DNA of 64,000 bases from positions 18,974,001 through 19,038,000 of the forward strand of contig NC_045697.1 of the NCBI RefSeq assembly GCF_009834535.1, given 5' to 3'. The position numbers and the translations under genes were made by a program. The DNA is from Camelus ferus. Its lineage: Eukaryota. Positions 38,548 through 53,500 of the stretch are shown here, piece after piece. Under the pieces are notes generated by a model, which made no database searches, was not told the origin of the DNA, and saw only the letters and a program-made list of their open reading frames with translations. How positions within the stretch are numbered: position 1 is the stretch's first letter; each line of letters opens with the position of its first letter.

Positions 38548-41500
38548 GTAAGGATATGTTTAAGACCTTTGTGTGAAAGTTTGCAGTGGGGTAGGAGACT
38601 GAAGAGAGGAGGACTTTCACAGGACCTGCCCACCTCTTGCGTCTGTTCCTCCATCACTAGGAATGAGAGCCGATGCCACCACTATCCGCCTGCAGACCAG
38701 CTGACCTCAGGAAACTCACCCCAGTTCATAGCAATCACCCCACGAACCCCAGGTCTTCCAGGCCACTCCTAATCAGATGACTCTCACCTCCAGAGCTTCA
38801 GAAGCTCTTTTATCCCTGCTCCCCTGGCCTTGTCCCCTCTTCCCCTCTTCCCTCCATTTTCTCTCTTCATGGTACTTATCACTGACATGTATTCACCTAT
38901 TTTATCATGACTTTTCTGTCCCTAGTGAAAAATAAGCTCCAGATCTCAGAACAGCATACATAGTAGAGGCTCAATACATATTGTTGACTGATGCACATAA
39001 AAGGGGACGGGGCAGATTGATGGGCAGGATTCCAGAGCAGAGGCTGGCACCCTTTTTTCTTGAAAAAGCCAGATAGTAAAGATTTTAAATTTTGCTAGCC
39101 ACAACCTGTCTCTGCCACATATTCTTCTTTCTTGTTTTTTTTTTAAAATAACCTTTGAAAAATGTAAAATCCATTTGTAGCTCACAGGCCACACACAGAC
39201 AAGCCACAGATCTGACCATAGCTTCTGAGAAAGGTAAGGAAACAGGATTAAGCACAGGTGAAGATGTTAGCTCTGAAAAAGAAAAAGGAAACAGCTTCCT
39301 CTGAAGACCTCCTCAAAGGGGCATGAGGAAACAGGTGAAGTGTGTGAAGGTTGAGGTAGAGAACAGATGAGTGAGAGTTTCTGTCCGTGGCGTCAGCCTC
39401 CTAAGGAGGGGAAGTGAGTTCTGCAGGTGGGCGCAGAGTAGGAAGGTTCTGAAAGAACAGGGCGGCTAATCAAATAGAGATGGCCAAGGAAAGGCATGGA
39501 CAACACAGGATTCAGACCAAGCTGGACAGCATGAATCTGTGGTGTGTTCTAGAAGACTGTGGGAAAATGGGAAAAAGCAGATCCTGAGAACTACAGCTTG
39601 TGAAGTTTAAGTGTGATGTTGCACAGAATTCTAAAGGTGGTTGGCCTGGCGTACCAGTTCAGAGCTATATTGGATTTTTCTCATACTCTTTTTTTTGATA
39701 AAATTACGTCTAGAATCCACAAAGAAATATGAGCTAACTTGTGAATGATAATATCAATAATTAACTTTTATTAAGAGCCTAAGTTATTTATTTATTAATG
39801 GCCAAGCTACAGTTATTGTTATTATCTCATTCAATCATTTATGTAGGTTCTAGCTTTATCTCTGGTTTACAAGGTGAGGCACCTGAAGGTTATAGAAGTT
39901 AAGAAACTTACCTAAAGGCATACAGAGTTCTTAAACAGCAGAGCTAGATGAACCCAGCCAAGTCTGTCTGACACCTGGTCTGTGCTCTTAACTCACCGCA
40001 GTAGGGTGCTGATCAGTGAGTTACTATCAACATGGAAGGCGGTCTCTAGACACAAGTCCTGTCCTCACTCTGTCTTGTTCAGCATTTTTATAATGTTCTA
40101 GATGAGGGCATAGATAGTGCATTTATCAAACTGTCCAACAATGTGACGCAGGAAAAATGGGGACTACATTATATAATGAGATAAGAATCCAGGATCTCAA
40201 ATTGGAATGGTCCGCTAAAGAAGAGATGGAACAGAGATAAGAATACAGTCCTTTACTTAGGTCAGAAGCAACTGCACAAGTGCGCTGTGCTTTAGCCATG
40301 GGTGTGGAGGAGGGAGAATGCTTAGAGGCTTTAGTCACCTCGCTCTAAGGATTGCTGTGAACTGCAGCTTGTCCAGAGGAGAACAGAATAAAGAAGCTAT
40401 TCAGGACTGCTCCATGTGAGGAACTGTCAAACTCATAAAGTCTAGAAGCAAAACAAACAAACACAAAATCCCCAACCTGGTGGTGATGGGGGTTGGGGAG
40501 AGGAGGTCTTCAAGTATTTCTGAAAGTTTTCATAAAAAGGAAGTTAGGCTTGTTCCGTGTGACCTTTGTGGTCAGAACTAGGAATAGTAAGGGGGGATTA
40601 TAGGGAGCCAGAGTTTGACTCAGTATGAGAAGTAACTCCCCCCAAGTTACACCTGTTCAAAATTGTAATTGGTTGCATTGAGAATTAGGGTGTCGCCGAT
40701 TGCTGGGTGTGGTTTAGACTGAGACTGAGCCAGCATTCATTAGAACGTACTCTAAATGACCTCTGAAGTCTCTGCCAACGCTGTTTTGCCTCTGAACGTG
40801 GCAGATGAATAAAGCATTTCTATACTGTTGTCCAGAAGAGTGAACTTCTCAGCGTTCTTCTGTGTTTGCAGCCTGACTTAGTACACTGTTAGGTGTATGT
40901 GGTGTGTACACCACAGAACTTCTGTTTTGGACTTAAGCTGTACAAGTTCTAATTTTTCGCTTAGAATGTGACGAGATGTTTAGTATACCAGGTTAGGCTT
41001 CGAGTATTTCTTTTAAATGGATGTGTACTTTACTTGTGTGTAATTCTTGCCAAAGGTTACACTGAATTTGTGCTGTACGCCTGCCAGCACTTTTTCTAAA
41101 CCACATCCTATGATGTAATTTTTGGTAAGTTTATAAGGGAATGCATCTATACGAGAGGTGCCTTGAAATGCTTACTTAAACCTTTTAACAAATTGGATTC
41201 TTAACATACAGGATGAAGTCGTTTCAGGAAGGATTTAATCTGTTGACTTTCCGAGACCACAATAGTTAGTTCTTATACTTATTTCTGTGATTTGCCTTGT
41301 TCTGATTTTGTAACATGTGTTCACAATCTTAATTTTCACCATTATCAATAGAAAGTTAACTGTATATACTTTGAAAACCTCTAGACTGTTTTCCTAAAGG
41401 TATTAAAAAGCATATCATTTTGTTGGTTACCATCACTAAGTCTTTCTGACATTCAAGAACAAAGTTGAAGCAAAAATAGGAAATCTCTCTATTTTTGGTT

Positions 41501-44500
41501 TTAACCTTTTATTAGTTTACCTAGTAATTCAGTGGGTATACAGATTGAAAAGATATACTTTTTTACTTTTTTAGGTGTAATCCCTTTTCATGGATTTTCA
41601 ATGTATGGTAAGTTGGGCTTTAAAACATTCACTGTTTTTATTACACTTTAGAAAATTAAACACGAAGATCACACTTTATATCACATCACCCACACACTTA
41701 ACAATATTATTGTGAATATTTTTAAACATTGAGTTTGGTATTTGTTTATATGTCCAATTAAAATGACTTTTAAATAAAGGATCATCATAATTGTTCAGGT
41801 GATGATTGCTTGTCAAATTAGAATTGAACATACTATGAAAATGGTTCTGTGGTTTACCACTTTCTAACTCGGTGGAAACTAGAGATACACATTGATATTT
41901 ACTTCTAATAGATGTAAAATGAGATTGCTTAAATTCCTGAACTAATTCTCATGTCTTTAAAAAAAAATAATAGGTCAGAAAGAATACAAAGGGAGGGGCA
42001 ACACCGAATGTGAGTTTGTGGTTTCTCCAGACTGGCTGGTGTGCACAGCCACAGTTACACTGAAGCACACATGAAAAACACGTGCAGGCTAGAGAGCCCT
42101 GAGCACCTTTCTGGCCTCCTGTGTCACTGGATGACGAATGCAGGAAGCTTAACGAAGATTAACGGGTGGAAGAACACCCTCCACCTTAATGCCACTTAAT
42201 TTGTACGTTTTCATGCATTACATGTGAACTTGTTGAAGATTGTTGTCCCAACCATTCCTACTCCCCAGCCTTTAAACTAAATGGAAATACTTTAATGCTT
42301 GCTTTTGTGAAAGAATCAGCCATAAATTAACACTTTTCTTTGTAAGAAGCCCCTCAGGGTGTTCAACATCAGAGAATCAGGGTGATGACATAATATAAAC
42401 CTTTTAAAACCAGCATAGCAATGAAAACCAAAAGGATTCAGAGTGCCTGGGAATTCTGCATTATGCTGCTCTGGGCAGTGTTGGTCATGGGCTTGAGTTA
42501 TAGGTCCCTCTGCTTAATTTCATGAGCAACCAAAATTTCGTAACATCATACATAACGTTATATTGAAGTTCCAGCATGTTTCTCTTTTATAAATGTGTGA
42601 GGAATTTAAAATAGAAAAGGTTAAAAAAACAAGGTTAAGAATATAAATGTTTATCTCTAATAATAAAAATGTTAGCCCTTTTACATCTTTTACTTTAATA
42701 ATTCCAACTGCAAGGATTTTTTAAGTAAATCATTTTTAAAAGGTATACTTGAGTGATTTGGAGGACAGTTAATGATGTCAGGAAATTTTAAATCTTCTAA
42801 CAAGTCTCAGGGTACAAATTACATCATTGACTCCTGCCTATTCACATTTCTGGACATTTGAAAAAGGTTAAGGTTTATACACTCGAGGGGAAAATGTTCA
42901 CTAAGGAAATAGATGATGCCAAATATTTGATTTTGAGAGTTTATTTATACTATTTTAGAAAAATATGTTAAGTATCCACAAGCACTTAAGATCTGCACCA
43001 CTTACTTAGAACCAGTATATTAGAATAATCACAAATCATCCCTAGGAACTCGAGATAGTACTTGGACATTTTAGATTTAGTTACTGTATTTGTTTAAAAT
43101 TATAATACTTATCTCTTTTAAAAATTTATTCAAAACTTTTCTCTAATTTAAACTGGGCATCCTTCCTCCTACTTAATGGAGATTAATGAAAGTTTTATTG
43201 TTGGTATAGTATATTATTATTTCATAAATAAATTCCTTTAGTGCAGTATTTAATTAGTTAAAAAGATAATGATCTAATTCATTTTTATGGAAGAACTAAA
43301 TACGGAAAGATGCTTAAAAAAGAAAACAAAGTCATGTAGAAGATTTTTTTACATACTATCTGTAATGGGCTAAAGCTTTTCCATTTCATAGCTATATAAG
43401 GGAATTCAACGTAAACAAATGTAGCTTCTTGAATAACAGCTGATTGTAAAGTTTTCTGTATTATATATGTTTGTAGAAAAGTGCTGATTTAAAAATTCTC
43501 TTTCATTCCTTCACTGCAAATGATCATTAATGATGACTGAACCTTTCCAGTCTTTAGATTCAGATTGCAGTTGTTACATATCAGTCACTTAAGAAGTTGG
43601 AGGAAAAAATATGCGTCATTAGAAAAAGTAAATAAATTCCAAACTTTCACTTTGAATCTGTGATAATACTATGTATTTGCGCCACGTTGCTTTTTCTTAG
43701 GTTGTTGCAATTAGAACATGAGTTTTTTTTTTTTAATTTATGGAATACTTCAATTTGGTCTATTTCGATAAGTGGTAAATTATTTTGAAAATAAAATTAG
43801 TTTTGCAGTGAAAAGGTATAGCTGTCAGTTTTTAAATATATATATAATATAAAGTTTTTTCCTATAATATATAGAAGGAGTTATTTTTGTATGTATTTAG
43901 ATATTTACCCCAAAATTGGTTTGTCTACCTTTTGCCCCTCAGAAAAAGTGAAATTTCTCAGTTGTAATGCTAGTTTTTGGTGATTTATTCATCAGTAATA
44001 CTGTGCACCAAAATTTATCCCAGATAATTGAACTTCTGTTTTGTCAGATTTAAATTTTTTTTTAATCATTTTTTCCTTTCACATTGTCAAAGAGAAATGA
44101 GCTGAGTTGGCTCACTGGTTTTCTTTCTTAATGCCCACTGCCCTCGGGGCATCACCTGCGGACTGTAGAGCCCAAAACCTTCTTACCTGTCTGATTTGTA
44201 TCTCAGATGAAATTACCCAATAAGTAAGACACTTTTATTAAAATTAATATTTAGATAATAAAGTTGTATATATCTGCATTGTAAGTATATTTATGCTGCC
44301 TAAAATTATTGAGTCTTGAAAATATAAAAAGCATAACCGCATCTGTCTGTGCAAAATAATCACACTGTCAGGTTCCCATTTGATTTTAAAATCTGACTTT
44401 CTGACATTCAGCTATGAGCTTTCTGATTGAGTTGACCCACCTGTGCTTAGAGCTGCCGTGAACTGGGTTCAAAAGAAAACAATTCAAATTCATTAGAGAA

Positions 44501-47500
44501 ATAAGTTCTTAGAGCTGTTTTATTTTGAGCCTATGAAAACTGTCTAGATACATTTTGAGACATGGCAGTGTAGAACAATAACCTAAAGTGTTGATCAAAA
44601 CTTTAATTTTCAAATTCAATTAGTTGAGGACCATCATTCTAAAAGCTAGTCGTAAATCATCTTATATTTTACTTACTTGACTTCCAAAATTTAAGAAAAT
44701 TTGAAAGATCCTTTGTGGGACAGAGTAAAAATGAACTGCCTGATTGTCAATTTCTTATCACTTCACTTAACAAAAAAAGAGAGATTTGGCATTATGTGGT
44801 TTTTAAAAGTTACTTTGAATTTTTAATATCACTGTATAATTCCATTTTGTCACTCTTATTCTTCTGTTGAGATTATAATAGTTTATAATTTACTCCTTTC
44901 TAATTTTTAATGACTCAACGTTTTACATGTGCATATATTCCCTTTTCAGTATAAAAAATATATATATATGATTTTAAACTTGGCTATAAATGAATATTAT
45001 AACTATATAATATTTCTTTCACATTTTGTGAGCTTATTTTTAAGATGTTCATAGTTCTGCAATAATATCAATTAATTTGTTTGTTCTTTCAGTTGCACCA
45101 CTTTGTTTTCTATACCATGAACCTTCCAAACTGTATCAGATATTCCGTGAGATGTATGTGCGTTTTTTCTTCAGACTTCATTCCATCTCTTCTCATCCTT
45201 CTGTAAGTTCATAAAAAATTGGATCAAACTAGACTTTAATCTGGTTCTTTCTTTCCTTAAGAAAAACAAATCTTAATTTGTGATGTCAAGCAACACTTTG
45301 CTTATAGAATAAATGAACGAGAAGAAGAAATTGGTATTTAAATAGTTTTGGTAATAATTAGAGAGGAAACATTCCTTTATCAGTAGCATCTAAATCAATT
45401 GCATTTATATGTTGAAAGAAAAAACATAGCAAAGTCTGTGTTATTTTCTCTGACAAAGATGCCTGCCTGCCTTGAATGCTGGTTTCCTCATCTATGAAAT
45501 GGGGTTGATAATTAGTTTCGGCAGTGCTGTGGAGAAGTGTACAGAGCACTTGGGTAGTACCTGGCTCATGGCAGGTGTTCGGTAAATAAATAGCTGCTAT
45601 TTTTACTGTTGTTGTTATGGTTTTCATCATCATCATCTTTCTTCGTTAATGAAAAGTAAACATTTATTTGTCAGTTATTTTTCAGTATCATATTTGGCTA
45701 ATTATCAGTTGTCAAACTAGATGTTTTCTTTGTGTTTGTTCAGTAGATGGCTCCTTGGCCTTAACATGAAATTCAAGAAGCATACTGGGAGGTGAACATT
45801 TGTATCTGTTTTATTCTGGCTAGTCCCTTATCGTATCCTTCCGCCACCCCCACTGAAGCCTGCATTAAAACAGTGTTTATATCAGTTACACTTTTTCTGT
45901 CTTTGAATCTGCTTTGGTCTGCTTGTTGGTAACCAGACTGACTCTCCAGAAGAAATATTAAAAATTAGAATATGTCAGGGCTACCAAGTTTCCCAAAAGA
46001 AGAAACTGTCACCACTACTAAACTAAGTAGCTGTTCGTTATCCCCTCATTTGAATCCTATGTATTCCTGTTCCACCTTCCTGTCTCCAGTGTTGCTCTCA
46101 GACGTTGCCAGTGAAAGCTGGCAAATAACAGAGACCCAGGGACGTCACAGATGAGCAAATGAAGTACCAGCAGTCATCTTGGGTTTCTTCTCTCTGAGAT
46201 AACTTGATTTAGTGCCTATTTTACATTAACATTTAATCTAGAATAACCAGAAGTGTATTAATAATTCTCTTATCAAATAACTCATTCTTAGCCATCAGAT
46301 TTCTTGCTCTCATATTCTGTAGTAGTTTATACTTCAGAGTTTTAAAAAAAAATTTTAACTGGCTGCCCATTACATACCCTAGTGTTCCCCTGTGCAGACG
46401 ACTGAAGCTTGCCACTGAGCAACTCGGAATATTCATTCTCTATCTCCACGCTGACCTGAAGGTGTCCTTTTTCAGCTAATTGATTGAGACAGCCCTGCTC
46501 TGCCCTTCTTTATTCAGTGAAATAAAGATTTCCAGGCGGTCATCTCCTTTTCTGGCCTGCAGCCAGACCGAACTATTTGGTACCATGACAGCCTTACTTC
46601 TTTAGAAACTCAAAAAGAGGATTAAAACTTCCTTACAGAGATCAACCCTAAGGAATGCTGAGCTGCAAGAAAGACTTCATTCAGAGTTGTCAAGTAATAA
46701 ATGCACTTGAAAAAACCATCTGCTTGTACTCTACAAATAATGCCCTTTTAAACAAGTAGATTTCAGTTAAAAAAGTTATCCTTATGTAAGTAATCAAACA
46801 TTCTTGTTTGATAACTTCCTGACGCAAATGTCAAGCATTCAGCAGTCAGTCGTTCCCTGGGGATGTGTTTCAATGAAAGAGTGAAAAAAAGCAGGAAATA
46901 TTTCCCCTGATGGGTGAGGCAGCTGGAAGGGAAGGGACACGTGGGGGGAGAAAGTAAGGGTGCGGCTGTAGCACCAGAGAAATACCTGGAAACTGGAATG
47001 CTTCCAGAAAAAACTAATTTTGCTAGGCCTAAGTGAGAATACATGGCTTACAAAGTAGCAGGTTTTCTGTTAAATGGTGTTTTCCTTGAACTCTAAACAT
47101 TGCTACATGCCAGGTTATGTGGGGAGCCCTACTGTTGTCAAAAAGGAGGCTCCCTAGCGTGTCTTTAAGAGTGAGGATCCACAAAGGGGGATAAAACTTA
47201 CGTTTGAACAGTGTTAGGGAACTCTAGTGCATTTACTATTTTTGGCTCAAACAAAATAAAAAATATTTACATTGATAATCTTTTTCTCATTTCCATTTAA
47301 ATAATTTGTCAGCAGAGTTCATATTGAAATACTAAATTATGCATTTCTCTTGTGATTTATTATTGTATCCAGGGTATTGTGTCACTCTGTCTGCTGTTTG
47401 AAACTCTTCTTCAAACTTATCTCCCCCAGCTCTTTTATCATCTACGAGAAATTGGGGCTCAACCGTGAGTATTTTTCTCTACTAGTTGAAGAATAAATTG

Positions 47501-50500
47501 ATATCAGAAGGCTTTTTTTTTTATCATCAAAGATGCAGTAATTTTTCAGAGAAATTAAACTAACAGTTTCCCCAATAAAACAATAATTATCAAGTAGTAA
47601 ATTGTAACTCGACATTGTGCCAAAAATTCTTAGAAGACTTACCAAAATCCTAATAAATTCTTATTTGCTAGGATTTTTGCGCTTGGTACAAGAATCAGCA
47701 AAAGAATTAATTTCTATTCATAATGAAAGGCGTTGGCCCAAACTGAGGTAACGATTTGTGGCAACAAATACTACCTAAGAAATGTGACAATACTAAAATT
47801 AAGTCAATGTAGGCTAAGTTTATCAGAGAACAACTTATGAAAGCCAGATAGGTTTAAGTTTGCTGTCTTTCATTAAAAGAAACTAGGTCAATTATCTAGT
47901 TGTGATTTTCCTTCCAAAAGCTTACATATTTGTTCATTTATCTCAGTTTGAGTTATCAGTGAATATGTAGGTTGTCTGTGGACTTCATTGTTATTGATTC
48001 TCTTCTCTCTTTAACAATGTCTAAGGCAACAGAAATTTCCTAATGATTTATCAATGTTTTGTTACTGTCTTCCTCTCTGTGTAACAATTTTCTCCTCTAT
48101 AAGAGCATATTTGAAAGGAACATTAACTCTTTGCAACCACAAAGGAATTAACGGGAAATAGAACAGTTCAGTATTTATCTTCTCCACGCTTGAATCCACA
48201 GCAGATGGATGGATAGATGGATGGATGAATGGATGGATGGATGGATGAATGGGTGGATTTAACAGACAGACCCAGACTCAAATTCTCTAAACTATATAAT
48301 CCTGGGAAAGATATTTAATTTATCTAAGCTTCAGTTTCTTTCTTGATTTAAATCAAGATAATTCAATTCCTTCATCTTTAAAATCAAGAGAATTCCTACC
48401 TCATGGAGTTATTTGAAGAAAATATATATATATTCCGTTATGTAAAGCACCATCAAATTTCCGACATCTTAGATCTCAAAAATGCCATTTATAAAATAAC
48501 ACCTTATATCATTCTTTGATATTACCTAGCTGACACTCTTTCTTTTGTAGCCATTAAAAAATAGGGTTCTGTTAATGACTAACATTATAAAATATAATAC
48601 TATGGCAGAGATATTTTATATTATACACAAGTCTTTTCTTCCTTAAACTTGTGGTAAACTGACCTCTTTTTTTTTTTTTTTTTTTTTTGCTATTGTGAAA
48701 TGAATATTTGAATGTAACTATTTTCCTTTACTAGGTGAAGACATGTAGTTTATTGCTAGAAACTAAAATCCTGATTTTTTTTTCTTAGACTATTTATATA
48801 ATGAATAAATTTAATCATTAAAAGGAACAAATTTATTTCAGTGACTTATGAATTAAAATTCTTATGCAGGAGAAAATATAAAAATTCAGTTGTCAGGCTA
48901 GGAATCAATTATTAAAATGTTTTCATGAATTAAAGCTGATGCTATTGGAAGGTTTTTAATTTAGAATTTAATTTTTTTAAATAGGATATAAGGACTCTTC
49001 AGGTTATTTTTTTCTTCTTGAGTACTTTGTGAATTTTAGCTAAGTTATAGTATTTACAGACATAAAGTTATTCCTAATATTCCCTAATTATTCTTAATTA
49101 GCCTTCTAATATCTGTAGAATCAGAGTGACATCACCTCTCTCATTCCTGAGATTAGTATTTGCATCTTGTCTCTCTTGATTATTCTGGCTAGAGGTTTAT
49201 TAATTTTATTCTTCTTTGAAAGAATCAGTTTTTGGTTTCATTGATTTTCTGTTTTTCTATTTTCAATTTCATTGATTTATGCACTTCAGTTTGTTATTTC
49301 TTCCTGTATTCTTGCTTTAATTTTATTTTGCTCATCTTTCTACTTGTTGAAGGTGAAATTTTGATCATTAATTTGACACATTTCTTCTTTTCCAATATAA
49401 GCAATAATGTTATAAATTGCCCACAAGGCACTGCTTTATCTCCACTCGACAAATTTTGATACATTATGTTTTCATTTTCATTCAGTTCAAAATGTTTCTT
49501 AATTTCTCTCATGACTTCCTCTTTGACCATAGGTTACATAGAAGGGTGTTGTTTAATTTCCAAGTATTTCAAAAGGTATGATATCTTTCTGTTATTGATT
49601 CCTGTTTTAATTACATTACAGTTAGACAACATGCTTCGTAAGATTTCAGTTCTTTTAAATAGTTGCGGTTTGTTTTATGACCCAGACTATGATCTGTCTT
49701 GGTGAATCTTTCATCTATACTTGAGAAGAATTCATATTCTGCTGGTGTTGAGTAGGATGTTATATAAGTGATAATGAAGTCACACTTGTTGATAATGTTC
49801 GAGACTTCTATATACTTGCTAATTTTCTATCTACTTTTTCTACTGATTCTTGAGAAAGAATTGTTAGAGTCTCCATTTAAAATTATGAATTTGTCGGTTT
49901 CTTCCTTCATTGCTATATATATTTTTTCTTCATGTATTTGAAGTTGTTTTTAGGAGAATTGATCTTTTTATCATCAAGTAATGTCTTTTCCTAGTAATAA
50001 ATCTACTATTTCTGATATAGTCATTCAAGCTTTCTTTTTATTATGATTTGTGTACAGTATTCTTTTCTATCCTTTTACTTTTAATATATTGATCAATGTC
50101 TTTACTTTTAGGTGACTTTCTTATCAAAAATATGGGTCTTCCAATGTTAATCAGTGTGTTTATTCTATTTACATTTAATGTAATTGATTATTGAATTACA
50201 GTGATATCAATTAACATTATTTTCTATCTTGATAGACATTTTGTGTATGTTCCATGTGCTCTTTGTTTTTTTCCCTCTTTTCCTGCCTACTTTTGAGTTG
50301 AATTTTTTTAGTCCCTTTTATCTTCAGTATTGGATTATTATTTATAAATATTTTTTGATAGATACCTGTCTTAGTTCAGTCTGCTACAACAAATTATTAT
50401 AAATTGAATGTCTTATAAACAACAGAGATTTATTTCTCACAGTTCTGTAGACTGTAAGTCTAAGAGCAGGTTGCTAGTATGGTCGAGTTCCAGTGAGGAC

Positions 50501-53500
50501 CGTCTAAGTTGCAGACTGCTGACTTCTCACTGTATCCTCACATGATGGAGAGCAGAGAGGGAAAACAAGCCCTCTCATGACTTATGAGTTCACTAATCCC
50601 AATCATGAGAACCCACCTTCATAGCTTTAATCCTAATTAACTTCCAAAGGCCACACCACTTTCCTAATACCGTCACATCGGGGGATCTAGTTTGAACATA
50701 TGAATTAGGGGGAGAGGGCATAAAAGCATTCAGCATATAACAGTGCCCCAGGGTTTTTAATACACATCTGTAATTAATCACATTCTATTTTCATATAAAC
50801 TCCAGGCCTGGAGGGCTTCATGGGCAAATTCTACCAAACATTTCAGGAATAAATAATATCAATCATTTTTCCTCTGGCTGCTAACAAGATCTTCAGTTGT
50901 CAGCAGTTTGTTATGATGTATCTGGGCATGGATTTCTTGGGTTTATCCTGTTGGGGGGTTGCTGAACTTCTTGAATCTGAGGCTTACTTCTTTTGCCAAA
51001 TTTAGGAAATTTTCAACCATTATTTCATCAAATATTTTTTTCTGTACCACACTCTCCTTTTCTTCTGGATTCCAGTGACAAAAATGTTAAAACTTTCGGT
51101 CTTATCCCATGGGTGTCTGAAGCTCTGTTCATTTTGTTTTCAATCCTTTTTACGCTGTAGTTCAGACTGGATACTTTCTGTTGATTTATATTCAAATTCA
51201 CTGGCTCTGTCATTGGTTATTTTCATTTTGCTATTGGATCCATCCAGTGAGGGTTTTTGTTGTTGTTATTGTTTTGTTGTTTTTGTATTTTCCAGTTCTA
51301 AACTTCCCATTTGGTCCTTAACAAAACTCAGAACTGTGCATTATAAAAGCAAATTCTACTATACATAAATTATACCTCAATAAACTTTATTTCTAAGAAA
51401 CTAATTCTGTGCTACATATACTAGGGAGCAGGGAGGCATGACATGTGGTGAGACACTATGCGAGATCCAGTAAAATGAAACTAGTTGAAGTTAATAATTT
51501 AGACTTGAAAGTTAGTGAATTTTCAAAATTTAAAATATCCAGTGACCAAAACTTTCTTTGGGTCTATAAAAAGATATTCTAAAACCAACCAAAAAGCTTG
51601 ACTTATCAGTACTACTGCTTACATGTGTCTTGTTATATTAGAACAATAGTTATCTAGTGTTGAGGAATTTCTGAAAGTTGGGGGTCTTTCTCAGTCTTAA
51701 GAGAATTAATTTGACACCAACAAAGGCAACCTCTGGATCTCGTTATTTATCTATATAATAGATATATATAGTTATTTATCTATATAACATGATAACAATT
51801 TTAACAAAGAGTTTGGCTAGTACCTCTAGTACCTCTCAGGGCAGTCAAGTGATGTTTAGTTGCTAGTAGATAGCACAGAAATGTGAGGGGCTATTTTACC
51901 TCTTTAGGCACCAAAGCTAAAGAGTTTATTTCTTGTTACCAGAGATAAATTGTTATTGTAAATTTACCTACTTATAAAAACAGTGAGATCTCATACTTCT
52001 TAGGATTTTGGGGGGGACAAAATAGAATTTAATTGAATTTTCTGGTTGATCTTTTAGAGTTCTGATAACCTACTTTTTCAAACAAAAGGTTTGAGATCAG
52101 AAATCTATTTCTAAATTCCCTTATAGTTTTAAAACTATTCTTCTTTGTCATCAAAAACTCCTACCTATTGTTTTATTTTTTTATCCTATGTAGCTATTTG
52201 AGTGAAAGGTAGGAATATAACTTATTGAATTGTAAAAATATGCAGCTATCAAGCTCTCTTTCAGGTATTTTGAATAAAAATTCAAATGGTTTGCCTCGAA
52301 CTGTTAAGACTCTTAAGACCACCTCATTGATAGCTAATTAGTACACACCCTGAAAGACAGAATGTAGTAGCGAGTGTCCTAAAGGATCAACTCATACATA
52401 AAGTAGGGCCCAGCAATGTAATTCTTTCTCTTTAATACTTTGAGATCACTAATTTGAGGACTCATGGTTTCTCACTATTGCACTTTTACTGCTCTTAATA
52501 GAGTGCTTGAGTTTTAAATGTTCAGGTGATTTTTAAGACCCACAAAGGAGTTACCTTAATAATAGAACTGGTTATGTTCTTCTGATACTGCTTTTTGTTG
52601 AGAAAAAATTCCCCTGGTAAAACTTCTTTTCTTTTTTCTTTGCTTACAGACTTCGCATATCATTTAAATGGATGGTTCGAGCTTTCTCTGGATACTTAGC
52701 TACAGATCAACTCTTGCTTTTGTGGGATAGAATCCTAGGGTACAACACTCTGGAAATTCTTGCTGGTAAGAGTAAGTGCTTGTTTGTAAATCACATGCTG
52801 TTTCTAGGGTAAAGCCCCTTTCCTTTCTAACATTCACCATCCGTAATTGGAGTGTGACCCTACAGTTGTCTGTTGTTTCTAACTCACGAACATTTAATAG
52901 ATTTGTCTGCCTTAGAAGTTAAGCACTGCCTATGTAACTGCCCAACACCAGTCCACTCCTAGTCTTTCTGGACTTCCAGGAAAGTCCATTATCCCTCCCC
53001 TGCTTTTAGTTCAGCCCAGGCTTACGGTCTCAGCATCCGCCAGGTTTGTGCAGCCGTGTAGCACACTCCCACTCTTCTCCTGACTCCTCTGACGCTCTTA
53101 GCGTTCTGTTCTGTGCCCCTTCGCAACTGCTGCCTAAAATCCAGACTCACACTGAGCCTCCCTGTGTAGCTGAAACCTCAGCTCTTCTGGACTTCAGTTT
53201 ATGCTGAATTCAAAACCTTTTCCTTTTTGCTAACAGCCTCTGACTCCTGGCCTGGTGGCTGTTTTCCCTGATAGGTAGTCTTTTAAGCCAAAAAGAAATA
53301 TTTTTTTCAGGAATCCACAAATCCATCTTTTATTTAATAATTAAGCAGTTCTTGCAACAGATACACACACAAGCGACTGTTTGATAATGCATAGAGCACA
53401 GATTTCTTATTATATTATCTGGCTTCTCTTATGCAAAATAGACTCAATATTTTTATCATTAGGATCATCAGGAAATTCAAAATAAGTATTACAAGGTTTT

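Noticed and set aside
38206..38772. Longest supplied ORF (188 aa) with a poly-Leu, transmembrane-like stretch
   Set aside because: The hydrophobic run is the translated (ATT)n microsatellite and the flanks look like L2-type decayed sequence; no recognisable protein family.
23815..53023. 15/17 match between TAGTCCAGCCCAGACTT (23815) and TAGTTCAGCCCAGGCTT (53007)
   Set aside because: Too short; such matches are expected by chance in a 64-kb self-comparison and I could not extend it.
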